Shown piece after piece: positions 57,306 to 64,000 of a DNA stretch of 64,000 nucleotides (position 1 is the first letter of the stretch; each line of letters starts with the position of its first letter). Where the stretch lies: NCBI GenBank assembly GCA_034434815.1, contig DAOTYO010000053.1:201-64200 (forward strand), written 5' to 3'. Both the position numbers and the translations under genes were made by a program. Origin of the DNA: Dehalococcoidia bacterium. GTDB taxonomy: Bacteria > Chloroflexota > Dehalococcoidia > SZUA-161 > SpSt-899. Under the pieces are notes generated by a model. It saw nothing but the letters and a program-made list of their open reading frames with translations, was not told where the DNA came from and ran no database searches.

Positions 57306-57707
57306 CCTTCGGGAGTGTAACTTTCAACTTTTGGGGGATGGATACCTCCGAGCATCCCATAATCAAGGGGGCCGGAAGGCCTCCATAGATCCCGGCCGGT
57401 TCTTAATCTATGGTCATGTCCGCTACGGGCTTCCTTTGAGCAATGGCGTCACGGCGAGGGACTTGAGCACCTCTTCCCATCTCGATCCCGATACATCCGC
57501 CTTCGAATGCGGATATCCTCGAATACGGCGGTGATGGATCGGGACTTGAATCCTTCCACCCTCAGCCCTCGAACTCCGTGCTCAGTTCGTCCAAGCTTGT
57601 CATTACAGACCCCCCTTGAATCTCGTGCGTTATTGCTCCTAACTACTCAGAGATTCTCGGGGGTCTTTTTGTCCCCTCATCAACCCACCAAGATGGTACA
57701 GTAACCG
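57306..57707. repeat. long inverted repeat, copy 2 (~400 bp), partner of 46024-46412
   Basis: Aligns with the reverse complement of 46024-46412; indels relative to copy 1 shift the reading frame of the overlapping ORFs (57253-57534 / 57507-57704 versus the single ORF 46026-46292). Confidence 0.8.
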
Positions 57708-57908
57708 AGCCTCAGTGACTTGATAATGGTTATTCACTCCGAGAGTAAAGGCTACAAAGCAGAATCGCTCTTTTTGGAGAGACCCGATAAATTGACGTCG
57801 GCAAAGCGATTTGCTATATTTACAGCGGTTGTGTTTTGCGGCCCCACGTCTGGACTCAGATTTGTAGCGCCAGATTCAAAACACCTATCGAGAGAAGGAG
57901 GAAAAGAA

Positions 57909-59345
57909 GTGGCAGGTATAACCTCATTCGGTGCCTACGTTCCGTATTATCGCCTCAGCCGCAAAGAAATCGCCCGTGCGTGGGATAGCTACCCGGGCGA
58001 TGGGTACCGGGCGGTGGCGAACTGGGACGAAGATACCATCACCATGGCCGTCGAGGCGGTCATTGATTGCTTACGGGGCTTCAATCGGGATATCGTCGAT
58101 GCGCTCCTCTTCGTGACCACTACCCCCGCGTTCCATGAGAAATCCAGCGCCGCGGTGATCGCCAAGGCTACCGACCTCAAGAACGATCTGTTCGTGCTCG
58201 ATTGCGGCGGCAGCCTGCGGGCCGGAACGGCTGCGATGAAGCTTGCTCTGGATACCGTGAAAGCAGGGGCCCAGAAGAATGTGGTTGTTGCAGCGGCCGA
58301 TTGCCGGCTGGCCCCTCCGAACTCCGGCGCGGAGAGCGATTTCGGCGACGGCGCCGCAGCGGTCATGATCGGCGATCAGAATGTGGCGGTCGAGATCGAG
58401 GGGGTCTATTCGTATACCGAGGAGTTCACGGATCGCTGGCGCAGAGCCAATGATCAGTTCGTCAAGACATGGGAGGAGCGGTTCGTCAACACCCAGGGTT
58501 ATAACCGCCTCCTCACGATCACCGTCACCAACGCGCTGAAGCGCTTCAATCTCAAACCCCAAGATATCACCAAGATCATCTACCCCGCCCACTCGAAGAC
58601 CGCCCACACCCGCTGCACCATGCTCGGGGCTTGCGGCTTTACCAAGGCTCAGGTGCAGGACCCGCTCTTCGATAAGATCGGGAACACCGGCACGGCCCAC
58701 CCCCTGCAAATGCTCGTGGCGGCCCTTGAAGATGCCAAGCCGGGTGACCGGATTCTCCTCGTGAGCTATTCCGACGGCGGCGATGTGTTCAACCTCAAGG
58801 TGACCGAGAATATCACCAAGCTTCAGGGCAAGCGAAGGGGCATCAAGAAGCATGTGGCGACGATGAAGGATCTTCCCAACTACGGGCGCTATCTCCTCTT
58901 CCGGGGTCTGGTCTCCCGCGAATACGAAGCGCCCGCCCCTGTTCCGTACGCTTCTCTCCCCCGCGAGTGGCGCGAGCGCAACAGCATCATGTCGCTGCAC
59001 GGGAGCAAGTGCCGCAAGTGCGGTGAAGTTCAGTTCCCCGTCGAACGCGTTTGCCCCAAGTGCCTTTCCAAGGACGATTACGAGGAAGTCAGTCTGGCCC
59101 AGAAGCCGGCCAAGATCTACACTTACAACAAGGATTTTGCCACTCCCACCTCCGATCCGCCCAACAGCATGTGTCAGGTCGATTTCGAAGGCGGCGGACG
59201 GATCCAGTGCATCATGGCCGACCGGGATCCCAACGAACTGGAAGTCGGCATGCCGGTCGAGATGGTCTTCAGACGATTCCACGAAGAGAAGAATATCATC
59301 CACTACTACTGGAAAGCCCGACCGCCGCGCGAGCCCAAGAAGTAA
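57909..59345 (+). CDS. HMG-CoA synthase-like thiolase-fold domain fused to DUF35 (zinc ribbon + OB fold), paralog of 36363-37778
   Basis: GTG start (V/MAGITSFGAYVPYYRL) with AGGAGG 8 nt upstream; C-terminal CRKCGEVQFPVERVCPKCLS zinc ribbon; same architecture as 36363-37778. Confidence 0.75.
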   Translation: MAGITSFGAYVPYYRLSRKEIARAWDSYPGDGYRAVANWDEDTITMAVEAVIDCLRGFNRDIVDALLFVTTTPAFHEKSSAAVIAKATDLKNDLFVLDCGGSLRAGTAAMKLALDTVKAGAQKNVVVAAADCRLAPPNSGAESDFGDGAAAVMIGDQNVAVEIEGVYSYTEEFTDRWRRANDQFVKTWEERFVNTQGYNRLLTITVTNALKRFNLKPQDITKIIYPAHSKTAHTRCTMLGACGFTKAQVQDPLFDKIGNTGTAHPLQMLVAALEDAKPGDRILLVSYSDGGDVFNLKVTENITKLQGKRRGIKKHVATMKDLPNYGRYLLFRGLVSREYEAPAPVPYASLPREWRERNSIMSLHGSKCRKCGEVQFPVERVCPKCLSKDDYEEVSLAQKPAKIYTYNKDFATPTSDPPNSMCQVDFEGGGRIQCIMADRDPNELEVGMPVEMVFRRFHEEKNIIHYYWKARPPREPKK

Positions 59346-59378
59346 GCGGGCTAGGGGAATCTAAGAGGAGGAAAAGCA

Positions 59379-60581
59379 ATGGCAAGCGGAACGATCAAAG
59401 ATAAAGTGGCCATCGTGGGTATGGGTCTCACCCGATTCGGAGAGCTCTGGACCAAGAGCGATGCGGATGTGATCATCGAGGCGGCCTGGGAAGCGTATCA
59501 AGACGCCGGCATCGAACCGAACGATGTCGATGCCGCCTTCGTGGGGACGATCTTCACGGGGGTTACGGCGGCATGCCTTACCGAACCCCTTAAGATGGAT
59601 ATGAAGCCCGTCACCCGTGTGGAGAACAACTGTGGTTCGGGTTCGGAAGCCCTGCGCATGGCGGCCCTTTCCATCGCCTCCGGCATGTATGATGTCGTCC
59701 TTGCCCTCGGATTTGAGAAGTGCAAGGACTGCGGCTTCAACGTTCTTCCGACGCCTCAGCCCGATAGTTTGCACCCGGTTTACAACACCCGGCTTACCGG
59801 CCCGGGCGCTTACGCCATGGCCGCCATCGCCTACTGGCACAAGTACGGCATTGATCCCATTCAGGGCAAGCGCACGCTGGCCAAGATCGCGGTGAAGAAC
59901 CATCACAACGGCTCCATGCACCCGAAGGCCCACCTTCAGAGGGAACTCAGCATGGAAGCGGTGATGATGTCACCCCCGATCGTGTATCCTCTGGGTCTCT
60001 TCGATTGCTGCCCCACCACCGACGGCGCTGCGGCGGCCATCCTCTGCCGAGCCGATATGGCCAAGAAATTCCGCGATGATTATGTTCTGGTCAAAGGCCT
60101 GGGTGTGGCCGTATCCCGCATCAATCCGTGGAACGGCAAGTGCAAGTCCGATGTGGATCTCACCTTTTGGACGGAGACGGATGTGGCCTGCCAGCAGGTC
60201 AAGCAGCAGACCGGCGTGAAGGATTTCTCCAAGGAAATCCAGATGGTCGAGCTCCATGATTGTTTCACCATCACCGAGCTCATTGCCTACGAGTCGCTCG
60301 GCCTGTGCAAGCGGGGTGAGGGCACGACGGCGGTGGATGAGGGCTGGTTCCTTCTCGATGGAAAACAGCCGGTCAACCCCGATGGTGGATTGAAGGCCTT
60401 CGGGCACCCGATCGGGGCCAGCGGCATCCGCATGGCCTATGAGTGCTACAAGCAGATTCAGGGCAAGGCGGAGAAGCCCCAGCGCCAGCTCAAGAACGTG
60501 AAACTCGCTCTGGCGCAATGTCAGGGCGGTGTTCCGGGCACCTTCCAGGCCAACGTTCAACTGTTCGGCGCTCCGGAATAG
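59379..60581 (+). CDS. thiolase, SCP-x type, paralog of 35205-36338
   Basis: 400 aa; MASGTIKDKVAIVGMGLTRFGE; active-site Cys (NNCGSGSEA); GHPIGASG. Confidence 0.85.
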   Translation: MASGTIKDKVAIVGMGLTRFGELWTKSDADVIIEAAWEAYQDAGIEPNDVDAAFVGTIFTGVTAACLTEPLKMDMKPVTRVENNCGSGSEALRMAALSIASGMYDVVLALGFEKCKDCGFNVLPTPQPDSLHPVYNTRLTGPGAYAMAAIAYWHKYGIDPIQGKRTLAKIAVKNHHNGSMHPKAHLQRELSMEAVMMSPPIVYPLGLFDCCPTTDGAAAAILCRADMAKKFRDDYVLVKGLGVAVSRINPWNGKCKSDVDLTFWTETDVACQQVKQQTGVKDFSKEIQMVELHDCFTITELIAYESLGLCKRGEGTTAVDEGWFLLDGKQPVNPDGGLKAFGHPIGASGIRMAYECYKQIQGKAEKPQRQLKNVKLALAQCQGGVPGTFQANVQLFGAPE

Positions 60582-60624
60582 AACGGCCAGGGCGGCAAAG
60601 TCAGGGCCGGAAAGGAAAAGCAGC

Positions 60625-61398
60625 ATGCCGTACGAAGATATCCTCTACGAAGTCAAGGACCATATCGCCCGGATCACGATCAATCGGGAGAAGAAATTCA
60701 ATGCCTTCACCCGCTGGACCTGCTATGAACTGGTTCAAGCCTTCACCGAGGCGGGTGATGATCCCAAAGTGGGGGTGGTGGTGCTCACCGGCGCAGGGAG
60801 CAAGGCGTTTTGTACGGGTGGGGATGTGGAGTGGGAAGCCCGCGGGTTCGGTGGGGAATGGGGCCCGAAGGTGGATATCTTCAGCGCCATAGCCATGTGT
60901 CCCAAGCCCACCATCGCCCGGGTGAACGGTCTGGCCATCGCCGGCGGCAATGTGATGCAGGCCTGTTGCGATCTTTCGATCGCGGCGGAGAATGCCCGCT
61001 TCGGGCAGGCGGGGCCGCGCGTCGGAAGCTTCAATGCGGGATGGGGTACGGCTTACATGGCGCGCCTTGTCGGCGCCCGAAAGGCCAAGGAGTTCTGGTT
61101 CCTCTGCCGGCAGTATACGGCGCAGCAAGCGCTGGAGATGGGGCTCGTCAATGCGGTGGTCCCGCCCGATAAGCTCGATGAGGAAGTCAATAAGTGGTGT
61201 GCCGAGATTCTCGCCCTCAGTCCATCGGCCTTGAAGGCGGTCAAGAACAGCTTCCTCGAAGAGGATGCCCAGTTCATCGGCCGGGCGCTCTTCGGCGGGC
61301 AGCTTACCGGATACATTCAGTCCAGCCCCGAGGCCAGAGAGGGTCAGCAGGCCTTCATGGAGAAGCGCAAGCCCGATTTCTCCAAGTTCCGCAAGTAG
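60625..61398 (+). CDS. crotonase-fold enzyme, MenB/BadI-like subfamily (possible beta-ketoacyl-CoA hydrolase or hydratase)
   Basis: Start at MPYEDILYEVKDHIARITINREKKFNAF; FCTGGDVEWE and VGSFNAGWGTAYMARLVG resemble the naphthoate-synthase/BadI branch of crotonases. Confidence 0.75.
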   Translation: MPYEDILYEVKDHIARITINREKKFNAFTRWTCYELVQAFTEAGDDPKVGVVVLTGAGSKAFCTGGDVEWEARGFGGEWGPKVDIFSAIAMCPKPTIARVNGLAIAGGNVMQACCDLSIAAENARFGQAGPRVGSFNAGWGTAYMARLVGARKAKEFWFLCRQYTAQQALEMGLVNAVVPPDKLDEEVNKWCAEILALSPSALKAVKNSFLEEDAQFIGRALFGGQLTGYIQSSPEAREGQQAFMEKRKPDFSKFRK

Positions 61399-61614
61399 AG
61401 AATCGGACTCATGGGCTCAAGCGGAGGCACAAAGGGGCATCGTGCCTCCGCTTTTCATATCGGGAATTCGAACGGCAAGATTGACAGGGGGATATTGGGG
61501 TTGGCTCCAGCGGAATGGGTGCGGATTCGGCAGGGGCTGGGGAACCGAATATCCCTCTTTCTGTTTGGAGCCCCCAAGGCTCTTCGGGCGCAAGATCAAT
61601 AGAAGGATAAAGCC

Positions 61615-62808
61615 ATGGATTTTAATCTCACACCGGCGCAAGAGGCGCTCAAGCGGGAATTCGAGGAGTTTTTCAGCGAATTGGAGAAATCCGCACCGCC
61701 GAACCATACCGCCAAAATCGATTACTGTTACGAGCATGAGGATGCATGGGCCTTTCACCGGGAGGTCGGCCGGAAGCTCGGCCGGAAAGGGTGGCTATCG
61801 CTGCCATGGCCGAAGGAGTACGGCGGCAAGGGCCTCGGCCAGATCGAGCAGTTGATCTTTCAGGAGATCCGGGCTTACCATCGGATTCCCGGGTTCGATC
61901 CCGGCCCTGTGGTGGCGGCCGCCGGCGTTCTCGAGCGCGGCACCGAGGAGCAAAAGAAGAAGTGGCTCCCGCTGATTGCCAGCGGCGAGACCACATGGTG
62001 CGAAGGTTGGAGCGAGCCGAACTCCGGATCGGATCTGGCATCCATCACCGCCACCACCGGATATGAAGATGGCAACGACTGGGTGATCAACGGTCAGAAG
62101 GTATGGACCACCGGCGCCCATCGCTGCAGCCACATGATCCTTTTGGCCCGCACCGATCCAAAGGCCCCCAAACATCAGGGGATCACCTATTTCCTGACCC
62201 CGATCAAGGATATGCCGGGGATAGAGGTTCGGCCCATCCTGCGGATGTACCGCGGCCACTCGTTCAATGAGGTGTTCTTCGATAACTTCCGCATTCCCAA
62301 GGAGAACATCATCGGGGAGGTGCACAAGGGGTGGTATGTGCTCATGGCCGGGATGGACTTCGAGCGCACGGGCGTAGCCTTTGTGGCCGAGACGCGGCGC
62401 GACTTCGATGAGCTCATCGAGTTTGTCCGTGAGAACGGCTTCGACGGCCGCAGCCCCGCCGAGGCCGCGGTGGTGCGGCATCGCCTTGCCCAGTGCCTCA
62501 TCGAACTCGAGACGTGGCGCCAGTGGGCGTACTATGTGGCATGGCTCCAGAGCAAGGGGGAGCACGTTCCCGGGGAGTCATCGGCGGTCAAGCGGTTCGG
62601 ATCCGAACTGATGGTGAAGGTTTCTCAGGTCGGACTTGAAACGCTGGGGCTGTACGGGCCGCTCAAAGAGGGATCGAAGTGGGCGCGCCTTCAGGGCCGG
62701 TTCGAATATGCTTGTCAGCATGATCTCGGCATGACGATCGCCGGCGGCACCACGGAAGTCCAGAAGAATATCATTGCGTGGATGGAGCTTGGCCTCCCCC
62801 GCAAATAA
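61615..62808 (+). CDS. acyl-CoA dehydrogenase (catalytic-type subunit)
   Basis: 397 aa; ACAD N/middle/C domains; C-terminal GGTTEVQKNIIA retains the catalytic Glu position. Confidence 0.85.
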   Translation: MDFNLTPAQEALKREFEEFFSELEKSAPPNHTAKIDYCYEHEDAWAFHREVGRKLGRKGWLSLPWPKEYGGKGLGQIEQLIFQEIRAYHRIPGFDPGPVVAAAGVLERGTEEQKKKWLPLIASGETTWCEGWSEPNSGSDLASITATTGYEDGNDWVINGQKVWTTGAHRCSHMILLARTDPKAPKHQGITYFLTPIKDMPGIEVRPILRMYRGHSFNEVFFDNFRIPKENIIGEVHKGWYVLMAGMDFERTGVAFVAETRRDFDELIEFVRENGFDGRSPAEAAVVRHRLAQCLIELETWRQWAYYVAWLQSKGEHVPGESSAVKRFGSELMVKVSQVGLETLGLYGPLKEGSKWARLQGRFEYACQHDLGMTIAGGTTEVQKNIIAWMELGLPRK

Positions 62809-62820
62809 AGGGACGCGATT

Positions 62821-63951
62821 ATGAACCTCGATTTCAATGAAGCCGAAGATATCCTCAGAAATATGGCCCGGGATTTCATGGAGAAGGAATTCCCGAAGAA
62901 GTTGGTGCGCGAGCTCGAGGATGATCCCACCGGATACAGTCCCGAGGTCTGGGCAAAGATGGCGGAACTCGGGTGGATGGGGCTTCTTATCCCCGAAAAA
63001 TACGGCGGGATCGAAGGCTCGTTCATGCAATTGGTGGTTTTGCTCGAAGAGATGGGACGCGCGTGTTTTGTGGGTCCCTACTTCTCCACGACCCTCTGCA
63101 CCATGGCCATCCTCGATGCCGGCACGGAAGAGCAGAAATCGCGCTTCCTCCCGCAAATCGCCGAAGGGAAACTCAAGATGGCCTTCGCCTTCACCGAACC
63201 CCAAGCGCGTTTCGAGGCTTCCGGCATCGCTCTCAAGGCGACGCCCGAGGGGAATGATTTCGTCTTGGATGGCATCAAACTTTTCGTTCAAGATGCCCGG
63301 GCGGCGGATGATTTCCTCTGTGTCGGCCGGACCTCCTCGGCCCAAGACCCCCGGGAGGGGATTTCCCTTTTCGTAGTTGATGCCCGAAGTCCCGGGATTA
63401 CTCTCACGCCCCTGATCACCATGGCATACGATCACCAGTGTGAGATCCTCTTTCAAGGGGTGCGTGTTCCGGGGGGGAATCTCGTCGGCGGGCGGGACGA
63501 AGGTTGGCCTATCGTGGAAAGGCTCCTTGCGAAGGCCGCCGTGGCCAAGTGCGCGGAGATGAACGGGGGGGCGGAGTGGGTGGTGGGAGCGAGCGTGGCC
63601 TATGCCAAAGAGCGCATTCAGTACGGCAAGCCCATCGGAAGCTATCAGGCCATTCAGCATTACCTTGCCGATATGTGGACGGATGTGGGCTTGGCCAAGC
63701 GGATGACCTACTATGCCGCATGGAAGATCGATCAGGGGCTCCCGTTCGATATGGAGGCCTCCATTGCCAAGGCGTGGGTGACCGAGGTATATAAGCATGT
63801 CTCGCGAATGGGCATTCAGATTCACGGCGCTCTCGGCACCACCCGCGACCATGATATGGGTCTCTATTTCCAGAGAGCCCGGCAAGGAGCGGTTCTGTTC
63901 GGCGATCCCGATTTCCACCGCGAAAAGGTAGCCCGGTTTATGGGCTTGTGA
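62821..63951 (+). CDS. acyl-CoA dehydrogenase family protein (probable non-catalytic partner subunit)
   Basis: 376 aa; ACAD fold, but the C-terminal region reads FGDPDFHREKVARFMGL instead of the GGTxEIQ catalytic-base motif; starts 12 nt after the upstream ACAD. Confidence 0.8.
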   Translation: MNLDFNEAEDILRNMARDFMEKEFPKKLVRELEDDPTGYSPEVWAKMAELGWMGLLIPEKYGGIEGSFMQLVVLLEEMGRACFVGPYFSTTLCTMAILDAGTEEQKSRFLPQIAEGKLKMAFAFTEPQARFEASGIALKATPEGNDFVLDGIKLFVQDARAADDFLCVGRTSSAQDPREGISLFVVDARSPGITLTPLITMAYDHQCEILFQGVRVPGGNLVGGRDEGWPIVERLLAKAAVAKCAEMNGGAEWVVGASVAYAKERIQYGKPIGSYQAIQHYLADMWTDVGLAKRMTYYAAWKIDQGLPFDMEASIAKAWVTEVYKHVSRMGIQIHGALGTTRDHDMGLYFQRARQGAVLFGDPDFHREKVARFMGL

Positions 63952-64000
63952 GTGGACTTGAGGGGGCGACGGCCCCTTCGAGAGGCGGAAGGGACCTTGA

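Overview
The window is high-GC (roughly 65%) bacterial chromosomal DNA, densely coding on both strands.

Gene content, in order:
- 180-5800: a Ca2+-type P-type ATPase, an ATGA-coupled ferredoxin/FAD-oxidoreductase pair, a transglutaminase-like protein and a carboxymuconolactone-decarboxylase (AhpD-like) family protein.
- 6249-6656: a hemerythrin-like protein.
- 8056-21734, all on the minus strand: a complete chemosensory-type operon. In transcription order it encodes a soluble PAS-containing methyl-accepting chemotaxis protein (MCP), CheW, CheA, CheC, CheD, CheY, CheB and CheR. These are followed by two tandem HD-GYP phosphodiesterase paralogs and then two paralogous, uncharacterised proteins: coiled coil, C-terminal zinc ribbon, an invariant WWGWWP motif and an acidic tail. 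One of the two has a FliM-like CheY-P-binding N-terminal peptide (LSQAAIDALL). This is the most interesting candidate in the window: a Che-like pathway whose output is probably not the flagellar switch.
- 22166-25392: a divergent histidine kinase / response regulator pair, an orphan CheB methylesterase domain and a further response regulator.
- 25529-28116: housekeeping genes rlmN and glyQS.
- 28262-37778 and 57909-63951: two blocks of acyl-CoA catabolism genes of the anaerobic aromatic / steroid-side-chain beta-oxidation type. They include family III CoA-transferases, short-chain dehydrogenases (SDRs), a cytoplasmic molybdopterin oxidoreductase, a MaoC hotdog pair, duplicated pairs of an HMG-CoA-synthase-like/DUF35 fusion protein with an SCP-x-type thiolase, crotonases and an adjacent pair of acyl-CoA dehydrogenases. 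A MarR regulator with a palindromic operator sits beside the first block.
- 38637-45911: a further CoA-transferase, pncB, an acyl-CoA synthetase, a sirtuin, two crotonases and queH.
- 46024-57707: an accessory-looking segment (transporter, Thi4, cysteine desulfurase, B12-dependent radical-SAM protein, binding protein, Fe-S oxidoreductase, tRNA-Arg(CCU), RAYT) between the two long inverted repeats.

Repeats:
- an approximately 205-bp element present in three copies;
- a pair of approximately 390-400-bp near-identical inverted repeats that bracket an approximately 10.9-kb segment;
- a REP-associated tyrosine transposase (RAYT) flanked by GTAGGGGCG...CGCCCCTAC palindromes, with a REP arm amplified as an in-frame 15-bp x6 tandem repeat inside the transposase gene.

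No rRNA genes or CRISPR arrays were found. Most long ORFs antisense to these genes in the six-frame track are high-GC artefacts.
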